Part shown: positions 14,043-26,379 of the stretch, one piece after another
Layout of the letters: each line of letters begins with the position of its first letter
Numbering within the stretch: the first letter of the stretch is position 1
Origin: Macrostomum lignano
Taxonomy: Eukaryota
Length of the DNA stretch: 64,000 nt
Assembly: GCA_002269645.1 (NCBI GenBank)
Contig: NIVC01000420.1
Span: 554,217 to 618,216, forward strand
Direction: 5' to 3'
Made by a program: the position numbers and the translations under genes
The notes under the pieces: generated by a model
Told to the model about the DNA's origin: nothing
The model's input: the letters and a program-made list of their open reading frames with translations, nothing else
Databases searched by the model: none

Positions 14043-15120
14043 TCTCCTCTCTCCTGTCCACACTGCCCTCTTCTCTCTAGTCTCCTCTCTCCTGTCCACA
14101 CTGCCCTCTTCTCTCTAGTCTCCTCTCTCCTGTCCACACTGCCCTCTTCTCTCTAGTCTCCTCTCTCCTGTCCACACTGCCCTCTTCTCTCTAGTCTCCT
14201 CTCTCCTGTCCACACTGCCCTCTTCTCTTTAGTCTCCTCTCTCCTGTCCACACTGCCCTCTTCTCTCTAGTCTCCTCTCTCCTGTCCACACTGCCCTCTT
14301 CTCTCTAGTCTCCTCTCTCCTGTCCACACTGCCCTCTTCTCTCTAGTCTCCTCTCTCCTGTCCACACTGCCCTCTTCTCTCTAGTCTCCTCTCTCCTGTC
14401 CACACTGCCCTCTTCTCTCTAGTCTCCTCTCTCCTGTCCACACTGCCCTCTTCTCTCTAGTCTCCTCTCTCCTGTCCACACTGCCCTCTTCTCTCTAGTC
14501 TCCTCTCTCCTGTCCACACTGCCCTCTTCTCTCTAGTCTCCTCTCTCCTGTCCACACTGCCCTCTTCTCTCTAGTCTCCTCTCTCCTGTCCACACTGCCC
14601 TCTTCTCTCTAGTCTCCTCTCTCCTGTCCACACTGCCCTCTTCTCTCTAGTCTCCTCTCTCCTGTCCACACTTCCCTCTTCTCTCTAGTCTCCTCTCTCC
14701 TGTCCACACTGCCCTCTTCTCTCTAGTCTCCTCTCTCCTGTCCACACTGCCCTCTTCTCTCTAGTCTCCTCTCTCCTGTCCACACTGCCCTCTTCTCTCT
14801 AGTCTCCTCTCTCCTGTCCACACTGCCCTCTTCTCTCTAGTCTCCTCTCTCCTGTCCACTCTGCCCTCTTCTCTCTAGTCTCCTCTCTCCTGTCCACTCT
14901 CCCCTCTAATCTCCTCTCTCCTGTCCACTCTCCCCTCTTGTCTCTAATCTCCTCTCTCCTGTCCACTCTCCCCTCTTCTCTCTAATCTCCTCTCTCCTGT
15001 CCACTCTCCCCTCTTCTCTCCTCTCTACTGTCCACTCTCCCTCTTCTCTCCTCTCTACTGTCCACTCTCCCTCTTCTCTCTAGTCTCCTCTCTCCTGATC
15101 ACTCTCCCCTCTTTTCTCTC
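14043..15120. repeat. 38-bp CT-rich minisatellite (TCTCCTCTCTCCTGTCCACACTGCCCTCTTCTCTCTAG)
   Basis: Units start at 14043, 14081 and onward; the array degenerates at its 3' end. Confidence 0.97.
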
Positions 15121-15574
15121 GTCTGCCCCCAATGAAATTGTATTTCAAGCAGAAGATAACCAACCCTACAGCGTATGAAACTGCTAAAAGGCTGAAAAGC
15201 CTCTCTGCATGAAAACTCTTTTACTGTCCATTTGGAGAATGTATAGCAATTTGGTGTTATGACGGATATTTCTTCATCTATGAAATTTAATGAAAATAAG
15301 GGTTAGGAGGGAAGAGTCGCTACTCCAATTTCTCTCTCAAGTTCTCCTTGCCTAGTCTCAGCGAGGCTCACTCATACGTATCAGAGTCACCGTCTTCAGT
15401 CTTCTTCTTCTGCTTCTAGAGGCAAAATATTTTCCTAATTTCATGCGCAACCAACCGCGACTTCAGGATCCGCATCGCAGCATAGACGGTCCCTCCAGTA
15501 GAATCCTCAGCCAACTTTTTAGTCTAAGTGTAGCAATTTATTTTTCAGGGTTAGGTACTTAGCTGTATGGATGG

Positions 15575-16300
15575 AGAAGTCTACTAGGAAGGTAGACAGG
15601 AGAAGTATGCTATAGAGGTAGACCGGAGAAGTAGACTAGAAAGGTAGATCGGAGAAGTATGCTATAGAGGTAGACTGGAGAAGTAGACTAGAGAGGTAGA
15701 CCGGAGAAGAATGCTATAGAAGTAGACCGGAGAAGTAGACTAGAAAGGTAGATCGGAGAAGTATGCTATAGAGGTAGACTGGAGAAGTAGACTAGAGAGG
15801 TAGACTGAAGTAGGCTACAGAATTAGACTGGAAAAGTACATGTAGGATACAGAGGTAGACTTGTGAAGTAGGCTACAGAGTTAGACTTGAGAAGTAGGCT
15901 CGGCTGGTAGACTGGAGAAGTAGGCTCGGCTGGTAGACTGCAGAAGTAGGCTCGGCTGGTAGACTGGGGAAGTAGGTTAGGAAGGTAGACTGGAGAAGTA
16001 GGCTCGGGTGGTAGACTGGAGAAGTAGGTTAGGAAGGTAGACTGCAGAAGTACGCTCGGGTGGTAGACTGGGGAAGTAGGTTAGGAAGGTAGACTGGAGA
16101 AGTAGGCTCGGGTGGTAGACTGGGGAAGTAGGTTAGGAAGGTAGACTGCAGAAGTACGCTCGGGTGGTAGACTGGGGAAGTAGGTTAGGAAGGTAGACTG
16201 GAGAAGTAGGCTCGGGTGGTAGACTGGAGAAGTAGGTTAGGAAGGTAGACTGGAGAAGTAGGCTATAGAGGCAGACAAGAGAAGTAGACTGAACAGGTAG
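15575..16300. repeat. ~26-bp purine-rich minisatellite (GGTAGACTGGAGAAGTAGGCT...)
   Basis: Directly visible, with alternating variants. Confidence 0.9.
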
Positions 16301-17124
16301 ACAGAAGTTTTGTCCAAAACCGGACACCCATGAAGATCAAACTTTAACGATGGCAGAGCAGGCACGAGAGAGACAGAACGCCGCAGGGGAAGAGCGAGGT
16401 GACGGAGATAGGAGGAGAACCTGGAAGGCACAATGGGATCTGCGCATAGTAAGCATTGACAGCCATCAAGCGACAGAATCGTCAGCTTTTTTCTCTTGCA
16501 CCGGAGACGCGCAGGGAGCCACCAGCAAGTTCCGGCGTGTTAGCCACATCCGCATTGAAGTTGGAGTTTGACCCAACACGGATCAGAGTGGATGAATGGG
16601 CAGCAGCTGCAGCATCTGCAGCAACAATGGCTCCCCCATCGCCTATTATTTAAAAGCCGATCGCAGAGAGCAGAGCCAGCCCAATGGACTCTGGTCAGAG
16701 GAAGAGATGGGGCTGAAGGCTATGGCAGCTGGAGTAGGTAAAAAAGTGAGCTAAAGGAACAGCAGCTGCCCGAGGATGAGGAAACAGGATGGGACGCGTG
16801 AAGCGACTGCAAAGTTTGGGTAAAATTATTCTGCTCAAGTTCAGCTTGGCTCAGGACTGATGAAGATTATCCTGAATTCCCGTGTAGTAAATGATTAATT
16901 AAGTGTTAACAAGGACTAATTAACATAATTCAAATTAGTAAAAGCACTCAGTATTGCTGCCTGATTAAGCTAACAAATTTGTACCTGTATATTATTTTAA
17001 CACTTTCAATGTTGAAATATCTGCATTATCTGCATAAAAAGGCAGATAATGACGATTCTGGCTGAAATGTAATTTAGTTCTAATTAGACTCAATGTAAAT
17101 TTGCCTCTACTAGCTCTAAAGGGC

Positions 17125-17680
17125 ACTCACTCATTCATTCTAATCAACTCCAATGTACATTCATTCTTATCAAATCCAATGTACTTTCATTCTTATCACC
17201 CCCAATGCACTTTTATTCTAATCAAACCAAAGTACATTCATTCCAATCAACTCCAAAGTACATTCATTCTAACCAACTCCAAGTACATTCATTTTTATCA
17301 CTCTAATGTACATTCAGTCTAATTAACTCCAAAGTACTTTTATTATAATCAATCCAATGTACATTTATTCCAATCAACTCTAATGTACAGTCAGTCTAAT
17401 AAACTCCAAAGTACTTTTATTACAATCAATCAAAAGTACATTCATTCCAATCAACTCCAAAGTACATTCATTCCAATCAACTCTAATGTACAGTCAGTCT
17501 AATAAACTCCAAAGTACTTTTATTACAATCAATCAAAAGTACATTCATTCCAATCAACTCCAAAGTACATTCATTCTTATCAACTCTAATGTACTTTCAC
17601 TCTTATCGACTCCAATGTACATTCCTTCTAATTAAATCCAATTAGCTCTAATGTACATATATTTTAATCAACGCTAATGT
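17125..17680. repeat. Degenerate AT-rich minisatellite (CAACTCCAAAGTACATTCATTC...)
   Basis: Recurrent GTACATTCATTC and CAACTC motifs. Confidence 0.8.
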
Positions 17681-18117
17681 ACATTACATACAAGCATTTG
17701 ATTTTTGATAACCAAAGTTATCCATTATCAAAAGAAACCGAGTTACGAGAGCTGAAGTATTTCGCTTAACAAAAGAGTTAATTTTATATACACTTTAAAA
17801 ACAGCAAACTAGAAAAACAACTCAAAATACATAATCATAAAAGTACAACACTGCAGTCGAATGAATGTGTATTACATAGGTACAACAATTGATAAAAGAA
17901 CCCTGACCAAAAGGCAATCTAAAAAAGTAAAAATATAAAAAAATCTTTAAAAAACCTCAATATTAAGTTGTCAAAGCCAAAAAATCTGTCCACTCAAAAC
18001 CTGATTACATCTGTACAAAGCACGCACCAAAATATCAATAAAAACAGATCTTATGTACACACGAGGAAGTTGGTACAAATTAACTTGTATTATAGAAAAT
18101 TCTAGCAAGAAAACATT

Positions 18118-21100
18118 CTAGCGAGTACTATTGTTACTACTGGTACTAGTAGTATTAGTAGTAGTGCTACTGCCGTAGTTTCCGCTGACAAGAATATCAG
18201 AGAGGTCCGGCTGCGATTCCAGTTGGAGATTCTGAAATAAATCCGGATTAATCACTAACTAATAATTATTATGCTGATAGTTTAAATAATAAGGTTTCGG
18301 TTTGCATCAATTATTAAATAGCACTGGATGCTAATCTGTTTGGCTACCAGTTTAGCTACCCATTTTATCTACCAGTTTAGCTACCATTTTATCTACCAGT
18401 TTAGCTACCATTTTATCTACCAGTTTAGCTACCATTTATCTACCAGTTTAGCTACCATTTTATCTGCCAGTTTAGCTACCATTTTTTCTACCAGTTTAGC
18501 TACCATTATATCTACCAGTTTAGCTACTATTTTATCTACCAGTTTAGCTACCATTTTATCTACCAGTTTAGCTACCATTATATCTACCAGTTTAGCTACT
18601 ATTTTATCTACCAGTTTAGCTACCATTTTATCTACCAGTTTAGCTACCATTATATCTACCAGTTTAGCTACCATTATATCTACCAGTTTAGGTACCATTT
18701 TATCTACCAGTTTATCTACCCTTTTATCTACCAGTTTAGCCTCCATTTTATCTACCAGTTTATCTACCCTTTTATCTACCAGTTTAGCCTCCATTTTATC
18801 TACCAGTTTATCTACCCTTTTATCTACCAGTTTAGCCTCCATTTTAGCCACCAGTTTAGCCAATCCAGAACGCACCTGTTCCCCCGCCAAGTGCAGCAGA
18901 CAGTTGAACACCAGCTGAACCGAGAGCTCGCCACCAGAGCAGGCGCCAACAGCCGCCGGTATCCCTGGCAACTGTTGCAACAATTGCGTAAAGGAAGACG
19001 ATTGCAAACTTGTAGTAGTTGACTGGGATGATGGGCCCCCACCGCCGCCAACCAGCTGCCACATTGCTCGTTTGAGTCGTTTAGCATCGACTCGTTTAGC
19101 AGTTCGCGCGTAGGCCAGATCAAGCCGCGCCACCTTGTACGGCGGCTCCAGCACGCCGTCGGCAAACGGATCTCTGGTTGTCGACACTTCGACAGACGAC
19201 GCTTCGTCCGACAATAGCGACGCCGCGGCCGCTTCAGCCTCGGCCGTTGTTGTCGACGACGAGACAACTTCGGTTGAATCGTCAGCAGCCGCGGCTTCAA
19301 GGATAGCGTCGGTATGTTCTTGTTCGTCAAGATCTTCGTCTTTGTGTTGTTCAACAACATCAACAGCAACTGGAGTCGGCGCGACATCGACTGCCACCGC
19401 ATCCTGACCAGCCAACCGACGACTCCGCCGTCGGCCATCTGGAAAAGCCGACGAAGCGGACGAATTCAAAGCGTCGGCCGTGGCAGCTTCGGCCAGTCGG
19501 CGCTGTCGACGCTTCGACACTAATTCCGACCGGCGTCGGCGCTGCTTCGAACAACTTGACGGCGGCTGCTGCTGGTCACCCTTACTCTGGCTAACGCTAG
19601 AACCGACTGGCGACAATAAACCCTCGCCAATACTGCTACTACTACTATGAGTAGCAGTAGTAGCAGCAGCAGGTTTTAACAACAAACGACGCAACGGCAT
19701 AGCAGACTCAGAGGCGCCGGGCCACCAGGCGCCCAGACGCAACAGTTGAGTCGATGTCGATGCCGACTCATTGTCCGTTGTCGTTGACAACAAATTCCCG
19801 TCGGACAGGCCGAGGAATCGACGAAGTCCGCCAGCAAAATCGGCGATAGAAGCGGCGCGATTAGCGACAACCGTTGCCGGGACAACCGCGGCGTCGCCAT
19901 CTGCCGTAGCCAGCTGCGCCTGCCAGTGATCGACATCATCATCATCATCAGCATCATCATTGTTGGCAAAGTGATCATCAATGTCGACAGAGGCTGACGG
20001 CAGTCGCAGTTCTGACAACTCGCAGCACAACTGCAAATCCTTGGCCAGCTTCCTATAGGACAAGCGCTGCAGAGCCGGAGTGAAGACTCCGCAATCAGCC
20101 GCTGCTGTGGAGGCGGAGTCTTCATCGGCATCGCCAATGCGCAATCGGGCGTCGGAGTCCAGCAGGATCTCGCAGTCGTTGTCGGCAACCCTAGCAGCAT
20201 TGAGTCGCAGCTCCCAAGCTGCCGATTCGTCGTAGGCGGCTGCCTGCTGGTGGAACAGCGGGTCCAAGTCGAAGCGCAGACTGGACGGCTTCAAGCGGAT
20301 GCGAGCCAATCGGGCCGGATCCACCGACTTCCGGCTGCGAGGCTGCTGATTGGCCTGCGAGGTTCGGCTGCGCTTTGGTGCCACCGGCTCGCCGCTGCCG
20401 CCCTCTGCTGGAGGCAGATGATGGGATATTTGTAGGCTGATGATGGGATATTTGTGGGCAGATGATGGGATATTTGTAGACAGATAATGGGATATTTGTG
20501 GGCAGATGATGGGATATTTGTAGACAGATAATGGGATATTTGTGGGCAGATGATGGGATATTTGTAGACAGATAATGGGATATTTGTGGGCAGATGATGG
20601 GATATTTTTGGGCAGATGATGGGATATTTGTAGGCAGGTGATGGGATATTTGTGGGCTGATGATGGGATATTTGTAGGCTGATGATGGGATATTTGTGGG
20701 CAGATGATGGGATATTTGTAGACAGGTGATGGGATATTTTTAGATATGTGGGATATTCATAGATAGATGATGGAGATATTTGTATATATGCTGGGGATAT
20801 TTGTAGATATGATGGGGATATTTGTAGATATGATGGGGGTATTTGTAGGTAGATGATGGGGGTATTTGTAGGTAGATGATGGGGATATTTTAGATATGAT
20901 GGGAATATTTGTAGATATGATGGGGGTATTTGTAGATATGATAGGATATTTATAGATAGATGATGGGGATATTTGCAGACATGATGGAACAGTGAGGACT
21001 AACCATCCTCAACGCCAGAGTCCACTCCACCCGCGGCAGTTGCCGAAGACCTGCCCAGCTCGGCCATGACTTTATAGGCCTCTCGATGCACAGCATCCAC

Positions 21101-21343
21101 CCGGCCGGCATAGATCTTGGCTCCGGCATCCAGAGAACTGCTGGCTAATTGAAAATTAGAAAACTCACAGTCTCCCTTCACTAGGCCTTCTAAATAGTCG
21201 ATTAAATTTAATGCGAAGGCATTCTTGGCGGATATTTTGCCTTCAGCCGATAGCCGCATGCAATTCTCATATTCACTGAGCTGTCGGGCAGACAGGCGCC
21301 GAGTCAAGGTCAGCGCCGTGGGGCCCTCGCCAGCGCTCGCCAT
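18118..21343 (-). CDS. NCAPH: Condensin complex subunit 2 (CAP-H / barren kleisin); exons 21343-21004, 20407-18876, 18231-18118
   Basis: Motifs KISAKNAFALNLIDY, NFQLASSSLDAGAKIYAGRVDAVH, FDLDPLFHQQAAAYDE, YARTAKRVDAKRLK and LSVQLVFNCLLHLA(GEQ|NLQL..DLSDILV) match the CAP-H family. GT-AG junctions join in frame (phase 1, then phase 0). Confidence 0.93.
18340..18862. repeat. 24-bp minisatellite (ACCAGTTTAGCTACCATTTTATCT) filling NCAPH intron 2
   Basis: Lies between the donor at 18875 and the acceptor at 18232. Confidence 0.95.
20412..20990. repeat. ~22-bp minisatellite (GATGATGGGATATTTGTGGGCA) filling NCAPH intron 1
   Basis: Runs up to the acceptor at 20408. Confidence 0.95.
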
Positions 21344-22600
21344 TGAGGAGCTGGCAGCAGAATGAGCGACTGATGAGGACAGCAAGTTGAAATTGAAATG
21401 GCAGTATAAAAGTTATGACCTTGCTATTAGCCTTGACCCAACAGAAGTCTATTGGACAAAAGCTGAGAACATTTCTTTGCATATGCAAATTTATTCAATA
21501 ATACTAACATCTAAAGTTAGCGTTATTCATATTTTTCATTACAGTTATGATTACAGAGAAATTTTATAGTCTGTTACCAATTACAGACTATTATTGTCAT
21601 GGAAAAAGATGCTAGGCCTAATAAATTTCCCAACCACAACCTATTTTTAATGCTTTAACAGAAAATTAGCACATAATATGAATAATGATTACAAAAAACT
21701 TATAATTTATTATATATATCAAACAAGTTACAAACATTCAAAGTTACAACTGTCATTATTTCTGAAAAAATTTAACTGGTATCTTAACTGGTTGACTTAT
21801 TGTCATAACTATTAATATACTAATACTATAATAGTATAAAATTACTAATATTGTTTTTAATGTTATAATTACTCATTTTTATGTAACTGATTTAGATTTT
21901 GAAGCTAAATCAATATCCTATATACTAGGATATACTTTCGCTCAAAATAAACCCTAAGATGCACAGTATTGTGCAAAACGCGTCATTAAGGTAAGTTAAT
22001 GTTGATTTTTGCTTTTTCTATATACTATTAGTAACAATAAAATAATAATTATAATAATATAGTTAATATTGTAATTACTTATTTTTATGTATACAATAGG
22101 GCAGATAACAATGTCATTAGTATAACTAATATGGCATTAAAGGTGCATAAAGTGTACATATACAGTGTAAATATGCGCATTTCCAAAATTCTAATGCACA
22201 CTGTACACCTTTTATGCACCTCTATTGCAGTGCAACTTTTGTTCACCTTTCACTTTACCAATACCCTTAATTTCTACTTTGTTCACCTTTTGTGCCTCCA
22301 ATGCACACTGTGCCCCTACCACCTATTTTGTGCTTTAAATTCACCTTTTGACCTTGCCAAGGCACTTAGATAAACATGTAGCATAAAAATATTACAAAAT
22401 AGACATAAGCAAGGCAAAAGTGAGATAGAAAGTACAAAACTCTTCACCTTTTATGCCTATTACTATAAAAGTCTAAATCTAACAAGATGTAACTAAATAT
22501 ATTGTGTCCACTCTTTGTGATACACTTGTTGAAACTATCATAATGCATGCAATACTAGATTTCAAATTTGCTCCTTGGCAGGTATTAGTATTTATTAAAA

Positions 22601-22743
22601 GGCAGTACTTATTCCAATACTGTAGGAATAATTTCTATCTTATTCTGCTTATCCACATGGCACACTTAACAAGATAGCTGCCCAGTCTTCTATATATGCT
22701 ATGGGAATAATTTTGCTTGCAGCTGAATAGTCAGGCGCTGACC
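22601..22743. mobile_element. Decayed, shorter copy of the MITE-like element at 34975-35401
   Basis: GGCAGTACTTATTCC...GGAATAATTTCT...ATGGCACAC...AGATAGCTGCCC aligns by eye with 34975-35110. Confidence 0.7.
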
Positions 22744-22969
22744 TTAAAGAAAGACTACAATTGCTTGCCAATCTCAAAAAACTATTAGGCAGCACAAAAG
22801 CATGTCATTCTAAAATGTGATAATACTATGCAACATACATCAGATTGGTATATGTCAGTCTAGCTATTAGTAATGCCTTTGGCCAATCCAAGTTGTGCAC
22901 TGATCTTCAAGCCAATGTAGCAAGAAATGTCTCTGACCAATCAAGCTATGCACTGATCCTCTAGTCAAC

Positions 22970-24464
22970 CAAGGACTACTTAAGAACACAGGACGTTACA
23001 CTTGCAAATATTGGCAGAATTCTAAAAGGCCGCTTTGAATGCATGTGTCTATGGTTTTAGTGGCCTTTTTGCTTAGTAATTTGCATAGCAGCGTAGCATG
23101 ATACTCATAACCCATAAGTCTACGTTAGAGCATTAAGCAGACAAGATCGCAAACAGCTCACTTTATTGTGTTCTCTGGATCTTTTATTTCTTTCTTCAAA
23201 TTAAATTATCAATTGAGTTATACAAGATGCTGACGAAGTGTTGCGTTCCAGGCTGCACAAGCAACTACAAAAGCGGTAAAAGGTGCACCATATATACTTT
23301 TCCGAAACAAGAGGCTGAAATTGACTCCTGGATGAAGGCTTTGCCCATTGCAACTAAGGTAAGATAACATTTTATGCATTCTGGTATTCCCCATTTCGTC
23401 TCGAAGCATAAATTAAATCGCTCGATTCGTATTGCAGCAGGCTACTGCGTACATGGGCGTATGCCGCAAGCATTGGCCGGAGGATACTAGAATGAAGCAA
23501 GCCGGGCGTCACATGCAACCTATCGACCCTCCATCTGTCTTTCAAGGCTGGCCATCCAGTAGCTTACGGCTTTCTGCTTCCAGTAAGTGTATTTAATAAA
23601 AGTGCATTTGAAATGTGAGTTATCTTTTCAATGTTCCAGACTGCCTATGACACAACAACATTTTGCATTGTAGAGCGCTCAAGGGATGCCAGCCAACAAG
23701 GCGTTCTGTTTGCTGATAGAGCAGCTATTGCTGACGAGATTGTTGCATTCAATGCCATCGACAAGATTTTGTGCTGGGCCCAGTTTCTGGTATCTGTTCT
23801 TACTCTTGGCTTCGTGACCTCTGGAGGGTGGTTAGTTCAGCGACATGAACATCGAGTAGATTTTCTTTTCATTTATGATCGCATTGTTGAGTCATCTGTT
23901 CGCGTGAACAGCGATTTTACCGTCCTTGCCAGTCGGCGTGACGTGATGGTTCAGTCAACTAGAAGCTATTGCCAACAGAGTAAAAAACTTCCAACTGCCT
24001 GCAACCACAGCTGCAGCCGCTCATATTGAGGCACTTGCGATTGATATCGTCGAGATTGAAGAGCGCTCCTGTGGCCACATCGTTCGACCAACTACACTTA
24101 GTCCTGTGGCTTGCCATCCATCACCACTTGAGCGTCAGAAGGTATCGCTTGTCCTTGATGTATTTAATGAAAAGACGGTTGCTGCATTGTGAGTGAACAA
24201 AAGGCTCAAAACGTTCTTTGTTTTTTGTTAAACTTCTACACCCTGTTCATGATGATCTATTTGGAGAAAATATAAATATTTTGTCGGTATACATGCATAT
24301 AAAAAGCTTTATTCACTAGGCTTTAATTTCTATTCATGTATTATACAAATTGCTTCAAATAGCAAAAAGGCCACTAAAACCATAGACACATGCATTCAAA
24401 GCGGCCTTTTAGAATTCTGCCAATATTTGCAAGTGTAACGTCCTGTGTTCTTAAGTAGTCCTTG
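22970..24464 (+). mobile_element. Internally deleted P-superfamily DNA transposon: 104-bp TIRs, 8-bp TSD TAGTCAAC
   Basis: 22970-23073 is the reverse complement of 24361-24464 and starts CAAGG. The TSD is at 22962-22969 and 24465-24472. The interior has THAP exons and the transposase motif ERQKVSLVLDVFNEKTVAAL near 24130-24190. Confidence 0.92.
23227..23582 (+). CDS. THAP zinc-finger domain of the P-type element; exons 23227-23358 and 23438-23582
   Basis: Spliced translation MLTKCCVPGCTSNY...FPK...WMKALP..|..VCRKHWPED...IDPPSVF gives the C2CH THAP signature. Both donors are GTAAG. Confidence 0.8.
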
Positions 24465-24484
24465 TAGTCAACATTGCAAAAAAC

Positions 24485-25050
24485 ATCTCTGACTAATCCA
24501 AGTTGTGCACTGATCTTCCAGCTAACACTGTAAGCAACATCTCTGACTAATCCAAGTTGTGCACTGATCTTCCAGCTAACACTGTAAGCAACACCTCTGA
24601 CTAATCCAAGTTGTGCACTGATCTTCCAGCTAACACTGTAAGCAACATCTCTGACTAATCCAAGTTGTGCACTGATCTTCCAGCTAACACTGTAAGCAAC
24701 ACCTCTGACTAATCCAAGTTGTGCATTGATCTTCCAGCTAACACTGTAAGCAACATCTCTGACTAATCCAAGTTGTACACTGATCTTCCAGCTAACACTG
24801 TAAGCAACACCTCTGACTAATCCAAGTTGTGCATTGATCTTCCAGCTAACACTGTAAGCAACATCTCTGACTAATCCAAGTTGTGCATTGATCTTCCAGC
24901 TAACACTGTAAGCAACATCTCTGACTAATCCAAGTTGTACACTGATCTTCTAGCTAACACTGTAAGCAACATCTCTGACTAATCCAAGTTGTGCATTGAT
25001 CCTCCAGCCAACGCTATAAGCAACATCTCTAGTTAATCCAAGTTGTGCTC
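24485..25050. repeat. 54-bp minisatellite (CTCTGACTAATCCAAGTTGTGCACTGATCTTCCAGCTAACACTGTAAGCAACAT) interrupted by the P element
   Basis: Units start at 24487, 24541 and onward; diverged units continue left of the element at 22880-22969. Confidence 0.95.
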
Positions 25051-26379
25051 TTTGACTACAATCCTTTTCCCAACTGTCTTTACAAGTCAAGCAAGTATTT
25101 GTACACTAGCCAATCTTATGACAAGTGATGATTACTCATATTTATAAAAAAGGTAGCACATGCACTCATAATATCAAACTTTAGCCTCATGATGATAGTT
25201 GCTGTCTTCTTTGTGATATTTCTATAATATACATTGCAAGTGTTTGTTATCTCTCTATTGTTGTATACCATTAGGTAAAATGCTTTGTCCTTAGATGAAA
25301 GATGCCCAAAGTTTGGGACAATGTTTGAGATTTCTCTAATAAACCTATTTTGAATTGGAATATACAATGCTAAGCTGCATTTAAAAACAAAATGAGTATA
25401 CAATGACTATCATAGTTAAAGTATCTATATTAAAAATACATTGATATGATCAATTTTATATTTTAGAATAAAATATTTTATACATAGGCTTTTTACAAAA
25501 TGATCCTTTTTTCATTTCAAAAAATCACCACTGGAGGTAACTTGAATATTATTTTTTTCATTTTATTTCTACTTTACTTTTGAACTATTGAGCCACATAT
25601 AAGTTTGAAGTAATATACTTGCAGTTGAATAACTATACATTGTATCATTAAAGCAAAATAACATATATATACATACATACATAATAATCTAGAACTGATT
25701 TGAGTTTATAGATTAACAGCTTCTTAGTATCTTCAAGTTCCTTTATAATGAGCTATGAACTATTCATATACAGCATTACATGAGTATACAAATTCTAAAC
25801 ATGATAATGCACTGTTGAATGCACACATCACTTTTATGAACCTATCAAGCTACATTTAAATAAGATTTTGCATGTTCAGAATCAAACTAAATATCCTCTC
25901 ATTTGCAAGCATTGTTAAGGGGTTATAAGTGCTATGTATTTGGCTGCAAATCTGGCTATGCATCAGAGAAGACAGAAAATGAGAACTATTATGCTTTTCC
26001 TATTTAGACACCAATTTGCAAGTGCTAGCTTTGCACCATTCCAAATAATGATTTGAATGCTTCTGAATTTCAATGCACTTACTTGAAGCATTTTACTGAA
26101 TCAGATTTTGTGAAGAGTTCATTGGATACAAATTAATGCCAGAAGAAATTATGCTTTTCTGCATTTGAATTGACTCAAAGATGAGTTCTATTTCAATTTG
26201 AAGGCTTGCTAAGATATCTAATCAAGCCTATTACATAGGTAAGAAGTTAAATGCTACTTCCACTATGTGCTTCATAGGAGACCTTAGATAAAGAAATCAA
26301 CAACTATCTTGGCTCCAATGAGTTACACAATTTTAGCAATTTGATTCAAAAGCTGGCACAAGCTACAATTCCCTCTGGA

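Noticed and set aside
18429-18875. KLVDKMVA repeat tail on the 651-aa ORF as a novel NCAPH domain
   Set aside because: It is read-through past the donor CAG|GTGCGT into the intron satellite. The conserved C-terminus (NLQL...DLSDILV) is in the exon at 18231-18118.
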